A stretch of DNA of 58,509 bases, counting the filler, from Dugesia japonica (taxonomy: Eukaryota), in assembly GCA_001938525.1 (NCBI GenBank). It is 5 parts of 5 records of this genome, joined end to end, with 100 filler letters (N's around TTAATTAATTAA, not from the genome) between each part and the next. Parts side by side here need not be neighbours in the genome. Positions count along the whole stretch, not along the records: positions 31,670 to 47,339 come from MQRL01632524.1; positions 47,440 to 58,509 come from MQRL01639309.1; 3 more parts are not named here. One strand, given 5' to 3'. The position numbers and the translations under genes are program-made. Below are positions 40,040 to 52,785 of the stretch, in pieces (position 1 is the first letter of the stretch; each line of letters opens with the position of its first letter). Below the pieces are notes generated by a model that worked only from the letters and a program-made list of their open reading frames with translations, made no database searches and was not told where the DNA came from.

Positions 40040-40485
40040 CAACGAATTTAGAATAAATTTACAATGAAATTTTTATAAATTTAACTTTTACTTGAGTTAT
40101 GTTGTCATGAGAAACATTTTCATTGATTTTTTGGAATAGTACTTCTTTGTTATATGATACCATTTTTTGGTATTAAATCATTCCAGTTGAATTATTAATT
40201 ATTGTTATTATTGTTCGACGAGTTTGTAGTACTCATTGGATCATCAATATCAAAATTCAATTCCATAGGAAACTTTATTCAAAACTAAACTATAAACATA
40301 AATTTTCTTTTTTTCATACAGAAAATTAATTCGCATTTAAAAGCGAAAAATACTAAATAATTTAATTTTCAAATATTTATTTATATTCAATTTCAAAATA
40401 TACTAATTTCGTTTTAAAATGCAAAAAATTTAAATNNNNNNNNNNNNNNNNNNNNNNNNNNNNNNNNNNNNNNNNNNNNNNNNNN

Positions 40486-40486
<1 letters not shown>

Positions 40487-40547
<61 letters not shown>
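40487..40547. repeat. (ATT)n microsatellite
   Basis: Direct reading. Confidence 0.95.
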
Positions 40548-40548
<1 letters not shown>

Positions 40549-40554
40549 TTTATT

Positions 40555-43500
40555 AATTCAATTGTTAATTCATTTTGCAAATCAGAATTCGTATTGTTAG
40601 GTATTTATATTTTACTTCTACAAACACTTCTTAATAAGAGAAATGATTATTGAATAGTATTTTAAAAATCTTTATCCAGAATTTACTCAATTTCTATTGA
40701 CTCAAAATTATTAAATAATAATTATTTCCTCATATCCCCCTTCTTAAGAAACTTTCTACGTTGTTCCACATTTCTTTCTAATCGCTGTCCATTTTTTCCT
40801 TGTACCGCATACCGCCTTTCTCGAATTTTCTCAATTATTTGGCAGGGTCCTTCAAATCTGTCTTGGCTTTTATTTCTTGTTTCTAACTTGATGAGTACCA
40901 TATCGCCCACTTTGAATTCTCTTTTAGTAATCACGTCTGAAGTGTTTTCTTTAGCTCTTTCTGAAACGACTGACTCATACTACTTTTCTCTGCTAATTTT
41001 CTTTTTGCAAATAAAATCTCAGCCGGGCTCTTTCCAGTCGTCTTCTGTTAGTTTGCGTTCATTGTAAATTCTATTTCCGGAAAAGATCTGCCCAATCTGT
41101 TGACTTTCTTTCCTGAAGTGTTGCATTAATCAAATCTCGAATTGTCCTGAACTGNNNNNNNNNNNNNNNNNNNNNNNNNNNNNNNNNNNNNNNNNNNNNN
41201 NNNNNNNNNNNNNNNNNNNNNNNNNNNNNNNNNNNNNNNNNNNNNNNNNNNNNNNNNNNNNNNNNNNNNNNNNNNNNNNNNNNNNNNNNNNNNNNNNNNN
41301 NNNNNNNNNNNNAATAGCTTTTCGTATCGTTTCCTCGTCTTGTCTAGGCAATGGTATAAGAACCAGATATTTACTGTATTGGTCAACTATTCCAAGAATG
41401 TATTTTTTCCGTCCACTTGTTTCCCGCATTGGCCCACATATATCTGTGAATATCACTTCAAATAAATTGGTAGCTTCTAATCTTTTTGCCTTCTCTTTAG
41501 TTGGTGTTGTCACTACTTTGGTCTTCTGACAAATTTCACAATTTTTCTGTATTTGACAAATTCTTTGCAATATATTTTTTTCTCATATATTCGTACACCT
41601 TTTCATCTTCTGCATGACATAATAATTTATGTATTTCTTCTATTGTCTCATGTATTTTGTCATCCGGAATTTCAATTTTCTTGCTTAAATTGGTTTCCTC
41701 AGAAATGATCTTCTTTTTCAATTATATTCAGTATTCTCGTTTTAATCTTCCCTTTCTTGGCATCTTCAGTGACATTTGACATTGTACACATACATCACAT
41801 CTTGGTCTAGATAACATATCTGCATTAGCATTTGGAATTCATTTTCTATATTCCAAAATCATATCTAAACTGCTCAGATAATTAATCCATGTTTGGAATT
41901 GTGACGTAATTGGTTTCTTCGTCGTCATCGTGAAAGTTAAAGCTTTGTGATCTGTTCTAAGAGTGAATCTTCTACCATACAAGTAATGTTTGAAATGTAT
42001 ACAGAAATAATAAACAGCCAATAACTCCTTTCGTGTAATGCAGTATCCTTTTACATGACTTGTCATTGAATGTGATCCATTGGCAACAACTCTTACTCTT
42101 CCTTCTTTATCTCTCTGTGACAATACTGCTCCAACCGTATCAAAACTGGCATCTGTATCTTATATAAATTCTTTGTTTATGTCCGGAAAACACAATATTA
42201 GTGCAGTCATTAAAGATTTTTTTAGACCCTCAAAAGTATCGTTTATTTCATCTGTCCATTCTTATTTTTTGTTGCTTGTTCCGCTACACAACTGCTCTAA
42301 TATCTTTGATTTTCTTGCGTAGTTTTCTATAAACTTCCTGTAATAATTACAAATTCCCAAGAAACTTCGTAACTTCTTTACACAGTTAAGTTTGCCAAAG
42401 GTTCTTATTACTTTTATTTTAGACGGGTCAGTTCTAACACCATCCCTGCTAATTATGTGTCCAAGAAATATGATTTTGTTTTGTAGAAACTGACACTTTT
42501 CTGGATTAATTCTTAAACCAGCCTTCNTTATTTCCATCAATACTCTGTCATTTACTTCATAGTGTTGATATTTATTGTTCGTAAATATCAGTATGTCATC
42601 AAGATAAACCATGGCTCCAGTAATTCCGCCTACCACTTTTGTAAATACCGTCTTTTCTTGAGATTCTTCTCCGAGCTCTACCTGACAGTATGCATTTCCC
42701 AAATCTATCGAACTGAAATATTTGACTCCATCTAACCTGTCCAGCATTTCATCGACATTAGGCATAGAAATATCTTGTCTTTTAGTTACTGCATTCAATT
42801 TTCTGAAATTCAAACATATTTTCATGTGTTTCTTTTCCTTTTTCCAAACACTGATCAGCGGGGTATTTCATGGAGAGTTGCTTTTCCGGATATTATTATT
42901 CTCGAAAAGGTTTTGGATATCTTCTTCAATTTTAGATTCTAAGTTCATTGGTTGTCTATACGGTTTTNNNNNNNNNNNNNNNNNNNNNNNNNNNNNNNNN
43001 NNNNNNNNNNNNNNNNNNNNNNNNNNNNNNNNNNNNNNNNNNNNNNNNNNNNNNNNNNNNNNNNNNNNNNNNNNNNNNNNNNNNNNNNNNNNNNNNNNNN
43101 NNNNNNNNNNNNNNNNNNNNNNNNNNNNNNNNNNNNNNNNNNNNNNNNNNNNNNNNNNNNNNNNNNNNNNNNNNNNNNNNNNNNATCCGTTTTGCTATCG
43201 ACTTTTCGCATAAGTGGTTATCCAAATATCTTCTGCATATCTTTTCCTCCTATCAGATCTATCAAAAAAAAATCTTTTTGCAAACTTCATCAATTATCAC
43301 TCCAATATTAACTTTTCCAGCAATTTCAAGTGTGCTATTATTTGCACAACGCAATCTTTCATCACTCATTTCTAAAATGCATTTCTAGTAATTTATTAAA
43401 GCAACTTAAACTCGTCACGTTAATTCGAGCCCCTGTATCTAATAAACATTCTACGTTATTTCCTTGAATTTATACCGTAACACTTGGTCTGCCTTGAAAT

Positions 43501-44620
43501 TTATGGTACGAAATATTTGTTTTCTTTTCTGCTTCATTTGTTCCAAGCCATTCTACTTTTCTTTCATCGGCAAAAGTTTCCCTCTTTAAGAATCTGTATA
43601 CTTTTTCTGTAACTTTCTAGATATCATCCTACTTTTCGACTCCTTGAGGATAATTACTCACTTCATTTAACAATTGTTGGCTCCAACCAACTCCTCTACT
43701 GATGGAGCCCTGCCTTTTGAGTACTGCCTTTCGAAATCACTTTCATATACTTCCTCATATCCATCATTTGTACTGACATCTTTATCTTCAATCGCATACA
43801 CTCGATCATATCGGTTTCTTGATCTTTCTATAGTCATAAATTTCTCACTTGTTCTTTTCGCTTTCAAATTTGTGTAGCACTCTTCTGCTCTATGTCCACC
43901 ATTACCACATCGTTACACCTCACTTCTTGACATAACCTTCTAATATGGCCAACCTTTTCACAAACAAAACATTTTGTTGGTTTTTTGTTTGGACAATCTC
44001 GACTTAAATGCACTCTGCCACTTTTTTGTCGGACAATTTGCTTTTGCATGACTGATCTTATGACATAACCAATATTCGATATTTTATTCTTCCTTTCTTT
44101 GCTCCACATGTCTATTTACTGTATGATTTACAGGTTTCTGATAATTTCGATTTGTAACTCTTGCTTAACTTCTAAAAGCATCAACTCGATCTCTGTTTTT
44201 CTCTACTAGATCTACTGACGCCATCGTTTCTTCAATTTCTTCAATATTCTCTCGTTTCCGCAAAGTCACTTCTTTTTCAACTTTTTTGTTGTCTGAACAA
44301 CATACTAGCATCTTTGCTACTATTTTTCCTTCAGTAAAATCTTTATTTGTAAATAATCTTTTTAATAAATCTTTTACATTTCTAAAATAAACTTGAATTT
44401 TTTCATTTCCACGCCTGTAGTTAGTAAATTTTGAAAATCTTTGATAACATGCCTTTCTCAAATGCCATACGTAAATGAGCCTGAAAACCTTCAGCTTTTT
44501 TCTACGTCTTTGCATATTCTTCCAAGAAATCTTCATCTAACAAACAAAAGACTAATCTCTCCTGTTGTTTCACATGAGTGAGGTTTTAAACTTCAAAATA
44601 TAATTCACACCTTTGATGAT
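40555..44620 (-). mobile_element. Near-complete degenerate Ty3/gypsy internal region plus partial 3' LTR
   Basis: Gag knuckles (CFVCEKVGHIRRLC); CLLDTGA; IDLGNAY; YLDD; DTDAS; LRTDHKAL; IFTDICGP; FEGP; PPT AAGAAGGGGGA at 40735-40745 followed by TGAGG. Confidence 0.95.
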
Positions 44621-44812
44621 GATGTCGGCCATTGCTCAAGAGGACTGTGATAAAGCCAGGTCTCTTTCCTTTAGTTTCGCGTTGGCATCGCGTAACGAGG
44701 AGTTCTTTCGTTGCAGAACTACGATTTTAGAATAAAAGGTTCTCTGGGTAGTACACCACTTCTTTTAAAAATCCGATAATGGTGTGTCGGTCAGCTTCCT
44801 GGTGTTGGGCAC
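44620..44812 (-). pseudogene. Mini-ORF remnant starting at tgcag|TG, truncated by the gypsy element
   Basis: (x)TG-PNTRKLTDTPLSDF*KKWCTTQRTFYSKIVVLQRKNSSLRDANAKLKERDLALSQSS*; coiled-coil-like. Confidence 0.4.
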
Positions 44813-45129
44813 TGCAATTATTGAGAATTTAATATTAATCTTGAATTTATATGGGTAATTATAATGCGAAATTGAAATCATATGATGTTCATTAAAATTT
44901 ATTAATTAATCAACATTAAAATTTAACAATGAAATCAGTGATGTGTAATAATCGAGCTTAAACTTTACCATAACTAATCTTATTATTATATTATTTCCTC
45001 ACCGAATTTTATGCTCACAATTTTCTGACAGAAAGAAAGCAATTAAAATCAAACTATATTATAATAGAAACAAAGAAAATTGATCAAACAATATCCTCTT
45101 CCTCATACAACGGAATCAGTATTTGTTAT

Positions 45130-45586
45130 AATGTATTTTCAACTTTAGTAAATAATCGGTCTGACATTTTTGAATGCTCTTCCTCCTCGCGTTTTGTAGC
45201 ACGTAACGCCTTTATCAACTTTTGTTGCTACTGAACCAGTTCGATGGAGCGAGCGAGCAAGGTAACTAATTATTTTTCACGAGCCGCTCGTTCTTCCACT
45301 AATTCTCTGATTCACTTTCGATTTGTTTGATCTTGGATGTCCACCCGTTCTTGTAATTGATCAAACATTGTCAGCTTGTGCTTTAGAACATTTGGTAAGT
45401 CTGCTGGACGATTTGTTCTTTCAACCTGATGATCTGCATATCTTTCAATTTAAGTTTATCTTGCACAATCCACCATGGATCCGCATCTGTGCCTTTCGAT
45501 CCGAGTGAATCCCATAAAGTCGGCATGTTGTTGCATGGTTTTGCATTAAAGAAACACCCCTCGTCTCTCAGTAAATCTCTGGCCAT
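45130..45586 (-). pseudogene. Degenerate ORF of unknown function
   Basis: 67-aa ORF (45383-45586) continues as coding-like, higher-GC sequence with stops and frameshifts. Confidence 0.35.
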
Positions 45587-46689
45587 GGTTTTAGTGATAT
45601 GACGAGACTTCTAACTATACAAAACATTTTGAATATTAAAATATTATGAATGATAATTCAATTCTTACTAATACCTAAAACAATCACAATGACAATATCA
45701 ATTTAATAAAGAACTAAATTAATCCAATTGCTATCGCAGAATACCGATTATTCGTCATGGGTGGAAGGAGTAAGATCTTTTTTATCTGAGATGTCTCAGA
45801 ATTTATCATAAGCTACGTAAGTTCAAAATTTTATATTCATTCCTTTAGGGTTTCATATCTTCTCATGATCTGTATAAAGTTCGTTTAACTAGACATAATC
45901 CTTTGAAAACCCATCTCTTCCCTCATAACAAATAGTTCTCTTGCATTATCATGACAAAATTCTAAATAAAGTGGTATCAATTTTATCGCTAATTATGCAT
46001 GAAAATTATTTATAATATTAATCATAATTATACACAAAAGAGCGTGATGTTCATTTATAAACGACTTAATATTTTCATCACAAGTATAATCACATCATAA
46101 CAATAACAGGAATAAATCATTAGAAAAGAAAAACATTTAGAAAGGAATCAACCAACACCATCAATAATATCTCGATCTCTTGTACCCTCTATCCTCTCTC
46201 ACAACATCTCGATCATATACATATGCATTTATTAGCTCGCAACAATTCTTTCATCATAATAATTCTCTACTAACAACTGTTAATACTCTAATTCAACAAC
46301 TGCTATGATCTCACTCATCCAACATTTAGTCATAACTCACTTACAATCCTTCATCTTCCATATACATCTGCATAAACGCTCCGTTCACGTAACTCTTAAT
46401 ATCTCTCATCAACATTTACACTTCGATTCTCGTAAAGTCGTTAAAATTTTAATGTTACTCCTCACATCTCCATAAACATTTAACACCCACATCTCACAGA
46501 TCATATAAATAAATAGGGATGGATCATCTCGTGTCATCCAAATCTCTGAGTCCTAATGCCCATCGTTGCCAGCGTGGCTAGTCAAAGATAAACATCATCA
46601 CAGTCTTCCGTTCATATATTAAAATTAACAATCTAATAAAGTTACTTCAGATCGATTCCTTTCGAAAAATCTTGAAATATATTAACGAC

Positions 46690-47125
46690 TTTTAATACAA
46701 TTTTTAAAAGTTGTCGTTTTTTAGTTTTTAGTTCGTTGCAATTTAGAGTTTGCGAGTTTTAATCATTTATTGAGTTCAATTTTACATCTGCGTTTATAGT
46801 GATTTTATTTCTATCCCCTTTTGACGCCCTGTGTGGGTGTCTACTTCAATTATTTAAGAAACCGTGCGGTGCTTAACCGTGGTTTCTACATAAATGACTA
46901 TATTTGGTCATTTTTATTTTGCTCATCTTGTGGCTCGTATTTCTATTGATCATTTATTTTCTCAACAAAGTGCGGTATTCACCCGACACATACAAATTTT
47001 AGCTGCAATATAAGTGCGATGCTTACCCGATACATATAATTTTCATTCTGTAAGCACTGCGCGGTGCTCACCAAACACATAATTTTCATTCTGCAAGCAC
47101 TAGGCGGTGCTCACCCGACACATAA
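46690..47125. repeat. Motif-repeat region, homologous in inverted orientation to 57635-57975
   Basis: gtgtgggtgtctactt and ctacataaatgactatattt match exactly in reverse complement; five GCGRTRYTYAMC-type motifs at 46866, 46972, 47016, 47061, 47104. Confidence 0.8.
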
Positions 47126-47339
47126 TTTTCTAAAATAATGCATGTCTACGCGTGCAATGGTGCCAATGAAATCCATGATCATTGGACAGGCACGAATGAT
47201 TTCTAAAAATTAATAATATTTATCGATAATAATATTTTCTGGAAAAACAAATATTAATAAATTTAATAATATTTATTACAAAGTAATATTTTAGGTAGTA
47301 TGTTACTATATTACAAATAGGAATATATATATATATATA

Positions 47340-47439
47340 NNNNNNNNNNNNNNNNNNNNNNNNNNNNNNNNNNNNNNNNNNNNTTAATTAATTAANNNNN
47401 NNNNNNNNNNNNNNNNNNNNNNNNNNNNNNNNNNNNNNN
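47340..47439. other. Artificial assembly spacer
   Basis: 44N + TTAATTAATTAA + 44N. Confidence 0.95.
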
Positions 47440-47699
47440 GATTTTCTTTACTAATTCGTAGACGTATTGGTGAAATTAGAAGGAAAACAGCACAGGATGT
47501 AATAAATAATAAAGTTAAAAGTTTACTATCACTAAAATCAAAGGCAATTACTAAATTCAAAAACTTTATATTCAAGCGAATTTTCTAAAATAATGTCCAA
47601 ACCAAAACCAAATTATAAAAACATTATTAAAGGAACCGGAATAAAACGTAAGAATTATATCATTTCAGATATAAACAAACGATTGAAAAGATCTAGAAC

Positions 47700-48700
47700 C
47701 GTATTTCACTAATGATTTGTGAAATCACTGAATTGTTTATTTTTGACAGATCATCGGCTCAAAGTGTTATTGAATATGGGTAGTTTGAAGATGTGTTTCT
47801 AATGAGTATTATTTCTGTTATATTTGAAAAGAGCAAACTCTGTAATATGTTTGGAATCAACAGCTGATGATTAAAGTATGTTAATAAACAAAGTGTCACA
47901 ATTAAAGCCCTTGGAATTTCAGAATGGTAGACAAGAAAAGGCTCAACTTTAAAATCACTTTCTGTATTTCCTTCTAGACCACGTTTATAATGATGTTTAC
48001 TAATTCTGTATCCAGGTCAAGATATTTCAGATGAAGAAATATGTGTTCTTCGCCGCATTCGTTTCCAAAGCAGGCCAGTCTTATCAACTTTCAAAACCTG
48101 CTTAGCATATAATTCATTTTACTCAACGATCGCTTTTAATTCACTTCAAACTTTGTTTGCAACTAAAACACTCGCACGGGTTAATTCTTATTTTACTGCA
48201 TTGTAAAATTGCACTAGTTTCGAAACGTTCATACTAGCCTTCCTAGCTAACAATTTTTCTAAAGATCCAATGTTCAATAATATGAAATTATTTTTAATTT
48301 CATTGAAAATACTTAAAGCTTTTTTTGAATCATCATTTTGCTGAATGACATTCTTCATTTGATTTTGATTTTTTATCCAAATGCTAAAATGGGATTTCAC
48401 TTTTAATAAAACTGAATTTCTCATCTTTGTTCTTTACTTTCATTGTGATAGTGAAGTCTCATTTTTAATCAGGATCTCGATTACAAATTTAATTTACTGT
48501 ATTAGATGCTCAACCGAGACTTATTCTAATATCAACAATCCTTTCCAGATTTAAAACGTTTGCAAACTTCTAGTTTGAGTTCCCACCAAATAATTATTAT
48601 AAACTCCAGTAACTAATCAATATTTTATTAAAATTTTCGATTAAAACCATTTCTTTCATCAACAAAATAAAGATTAATCAACATCCGTACAAAGCTATAC
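47700..48700 (-). mobile_element. pogo/Tigger-like transposase remnant
   Basis: VLKVDKTGLLWKRMRRRTHIS (DETGLFWK-like); GNTESDFKVEPFLVYHSEIPRAL (GNAxGDFKLKPLLVYHSENPRAL-like). Confidence 0.75.
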
Positions 48701-48739
48701 ACAATAACTCTACTAAATTATTTTCCGCTCTCGCGGGAC

Positions 48740-50160
48740 GTATTATAGGAGCATTTGGAAAATATTCTATTTGTCTTCGGACAGCATACAACTGGTTTCA
48801 CAAATTTAGCAGTGGTCAATTTGTCATCAACGATCAGCCAAGATATGGTCAGCCGTCACTTGTTTATAATGACCTTATTTGTATCTGTGTTGAACTCTCG
48901 AAGAAGTTTGGCGTCAGTCACACTACCTGTTTGCATCATTTGAAGAAGATTGGTAAGGTCAGTAAATTGGACATATGAGTACCATACAAGCTGAGCAACT
49001 TCGACCGTTAACGCCGTATTGAATACATGCTTGTCATACTGTCAAGATAGCGTCGTTATGATTGGCTCAATAAACTGATCACAGTAGATGAAAAATGTTG
49101 TCTGTTTTCTAATAAAATGATACGCAAAAGAAGCTGGGTGGACAAGAATACAAGCTTACTACCTCATTTAAAGGCCAACCGGCATCAAAAAAAGATAATG
49201 GTTTGCGTTTGATGGGATGTAAAAGGTGTGATTCCCTGTGAAATGCTGAGACGTAATCAAACTGTCCATGCGGAATTCTATTGCCAACAACTGCAGTGGG
49301 TGGCAGATGCAATTGCCCAAAAGTGACCAGAATTGAATAAAACAATGTTTCTGCATGATAATTCTCGACCGCAGGTTGCAAACATGANCAGTGAAAAACT
49401 TTTGGAGTTGGAGTGGGAAGTTATTCCTCATTCACCTTATTCTCCAAATTGGCACCAACGGACTATCACTTATTCCAGGCCTTGCAAAACTACCTGAATC
49501 TTCATAAGTTTGCAACTGATGACGATTTAAAATCTGCAGTTGGAGGCTTTTTTGACAGTAAACAAATGGACTTTTACAACAAGGGCATCAATGACGTAGC
49601 CCATCGTTGGAAGTATGTCCTTCAAAATAATGGCGATTACTTTAACGATTTATAAATTACTTATTCCTGCNNNNNNNNNNNNNNNNNNNNNNNNNNNNNN
49701 NNNNNNNNNNNNNNNNNNNNTGCCCAAAAGTGACCAGAATTGAATAAAACAATGTTTCTGCATGATAATTCTCGACCGCAGGTTGCAAACATGAGCAGTG
49801 AAAAACTTTTGGAGTTGGAGTGGGAAGTTATTCCTCATTCACCTTATTCTCCAAATTGGCACCAACGGACTATCACTTATTCCAGGCCTTGCAAAACTAC
49901 CTGAATCTTCATAAGTTTGCAACTGATGACNNNNNNNNNNNNNNNNNNNNNNNNNNNNNNNNNNNNNNNNNNNNNNNNNNNNNNNNNNNNNNNNNNNNNN
50001 NNNTAGCCCATCGTTGGAAGTATGTCCTTCAAAATAATGGCGATTACTTTAACGATTTATAAATTACTTATTCCTGCATTTCTTCTTTGAATTTCAATGT
50101 ATTTATCATTCTATTTTGCTATCAATAAAAATTGTGCAAGAACTTTCTTTCCAAAACGTC
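48740..50160 (+). mobile_element. Degenerate mariner (DD34D-type) transposon
   Basis: ITVDEK; KKIMVCV*WD; FLHDNSRP; WEVIPHSPYSP/LAPTDYHLF; multiple stops; the 3' ~360 bp is duplicated across a gap. Confidence 0.9.
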
Positions 50161-50659
50161 CGAGAAATGAATAATTTTTATAACAGGGTTGAAATATTAA
50201 ATAAAATTATGATTTATGGTTGAGATAGTAATAAATAAATAATATGTTGATTCTAATGGTTGGTTTTTAACCATTATTCATCATTGAAATGATAAAATTA
50301 AATATTTTCAAAATTAAGAAAATTAATTAAGGCTTAGATCAAACAATGGTTTTAAAAAATTTTTATTAAGGATAAAAATTTTAAAAATTTAACTTACTTC
50401 CCCAAATGTTTGAGTTTATCTTCTTCGAGAGTTGTGATTGATTAATTCAATTTTTTTAATNNNNNNNNNNNNNNNNNNNNNNNNNNNNNNNNNNNNNNNN
50501 NNNNNNNNNNNNNNNNNNNNNNNNNNNNAAAAAAACATTTTTGGCCTAATCCTTAGTTAAATTTCTTCATTTTGGAAATATTTAATTTTATTTTTTAAAA
50601 TATTAAATATTTAAACATTTAATGAACTTTTCTGCTTATTAATAATAAAATTAATAATA

Positions 50660-50973
50660 AAAGAAGACTTAAGCTCAGAAGTGTAACCGCTCTGTATCAA
50701 GAAAACCAACTAAATGTCCGATAGTGGCAGAAGACTTACAGACTTTATGTAAAAAAATGCTTCCAAAAGAAAGACATCGAAGTTATAGACGCACTAATTT
50801 TAATAGCACGAAAGAGAAGCTGGTTGACGATACAAGATAATCGAAAATGTCTCAAATGTAAATCAGAAGATAAATTAATCGAATTACCAATACCAAATAC
50901 AGTGTTCAAAAAATTGTGTTTAACATGTACAGAGATAATGCGACATCAATTAGAGAAAACATTTAATGAATGA
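50660..50973 (+). pseudogene. Small ORF remnant with a CxxC-x19-CxxC zinc finger
   Basis: CLKC (50848) ... CLTC (50917); stop TGA at 50971-50973. Confidence 0.5.
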
Positions 50974-50982
50974 AATAAAGTA

Positions 50983-52296
50983 ATGGCACAACGGAAAATG
51001 AAAGAGAAACCTTTTCATACAATATATCAGTCCCGAATCGTTGAGGACGTCGATTTTCCGAAAGAAGGGAGTGATCTGCTATCAATAGTAACGAAAGAGT
51101 TTATAAAAACAACGAAAAGAGATTACGGAATAAAGAGATGGCAGCCAAAGAGATGTTACAAGGCTTTAACACATTCAGCTCGTTAGCAAAAAACAAGGAA
51201 CAACATTGGTGAAAGCAGATACAACCCAAAATGAAAGACAAAAAAAACCAAAATAAAGAGATAAAGTAGAGTACGTTATCGGTAGATGATGTGATGGATT
51301 TTATAGAAGATACAGAGGCAAAGATAAAGGAGTTGAAAGCGTCAGACGAAGACGGACAGAAAATCGTAGCAATGTGGAGATGAATCAAGGCATTCACGGA
51401 AGTTGAAAAAAGAGTCGGATCACTACTTTTCTTACAAAAATTGAAGATAGAATGTCAAGAGCTGATAAAAAAATTGGAATGGAACAGAATAAAGAGAAAA
51501 GCGATTCAAGACAGCAGCAAAGGGACACGAGACGAAAGAGAAAAAGTCGAATAAATAGAAATAAAAGGCGATAAGCACAGAATCGGTGTGGTACAGGTAC
51601 AGAAATAAAATTTGAAGATGATGATGGTGACAACGATTATAAAAGACTGATATTAATAAAACAACCAGAAACGACAAACGAGCTCAAAACGATTTAAAAG
51701 AATAAAGAAAATTTAGTTAAAACATGGAACAGTAGATCAAACTGGTTCAAGGCGACATGGAGCAACAGAGAAACTGGTTACGATACGGACGAGCAGAGTA
51801 ACATTATCAAAAGTTGCGAAGAAGATCCCAAAGGAGTGTCACTTCAATGGTGGAGAATTTATGAAGAATAATGAAATACGGAGAAATATTGAATCTGGAA
51901 ACAAAAACAAATGGAAGAATCAGACAAAATTATCGTTCAATGGGACTTAACGAGATGGTACTTCAAATGCAATACAGAGGATCAGTGGAACATCACAAAA
52001 TGGTGCGAAGATAATCCAGAAGATATGATACCGCGATGGTTAGAAGTTCAACAGAAATGGCAATAAGATGAGAGATACAAAGCTTGGAAACAAAAAGAGA
52101 TAGAAAAATAATGCAAGAACTTGAGAAAATGGAAGCAGAGAATGAGAAAATGATACAAAAGATTTCTTTACCTGAAACACCAGTAATAAAAGATGACAGC
52201 AGAATCTATGAAGAAATAATAACGGATGAAATTGAGCCAATCTATGAGAACGAGAACAAGGATGTAATAGTAATTAAAACGCCGTTACTCAGATGA
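50983..52296 (+). pseudogene. Degenerate charged and Trp-rich ORF(s) of unknown function
   Basis: Long readable frames with scattered stops, e.g. TWNSRSNWFKATWS...QWDLTRWYFKC...WNITKWCEDNPEDMIPRWLEVQQKWQ. Confidence 0.45.
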
Positions 52297-52495
52297 CGAT
52301 GGGAAAAATAGCGCGGACATGTATCGTATCGATACCAATAATAATATATTCATAGTGTGTATAATAGCATTGATGGCAATGGTATGGCCTACAAAGATTG
52401 GAATTCAGGTGACAAAATTATACGAAATAAATGAAACTACGACAGCAACAAGCAGAGCAAACAAAACGATCAAAATGATTGATAAATGGTTATAA
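52293..52495 (+). pseudogene. Small frameshifted membrane glycoprotein
   Basis: ATGA overlap with the previous stop; hydrophobic IFIVCIIALMAMVW; NET and NKT sequons. Confidence 0.4.
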
Positions 52496-52779
52496 ATATA
52501 TATATATATATATATATATTACTAGCATTAATAATGGTAAAGGTGATTCAAAGCGAAAGTATGTGGACAACGGGTCTGACAATAATAACAAATCCGAGTA
52601 AAAATGAGAGTAACAGGTATTGGACAATAATAATAACAGTAGCTATATTAACATTAATAATAATGTCATTAATTCTGATAACGATCGCTTTAAAAGGAGG
52701 AAGAACAGATAAACGAAGAGAGTTCGGAATGGAAACGCCCAAAGGAGCGAGTCAAATGATGATTCCAGGAAACCTGTAG
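52486..52779 (+). CDS. Small membrane protein (signal peptide, short ectodomain, TM, tail)
   Basis: Intact 97-aa ORF with two hydrophobic segments and an NES sequon. Confidence 0.5.
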   Translation: MVINIYIYIYILLALIMVKVIQSESMWTTGLTIITNPSKNESNRYWTIIITVAILTLIIMSLILITIALKGGRTDKRREFGMETPKGASQMMIPGNL

Positions 52780-52785
52780 ATATAT

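Noticed and set aside
46866-47123. CRISPR-like appearance of regularly spaced motifs
   Set aside because: The repeats are degenerate, two spacers are near-identical to each other (tandem duplication), there are no cas genes, and the context is eukaryotic.
49314-50080. Tandem duplication of the mariner 3' end
   Set aside because: The copies are essentially identical and separated by a 50-N gap, so this is most likely an unmerged contig overlap.
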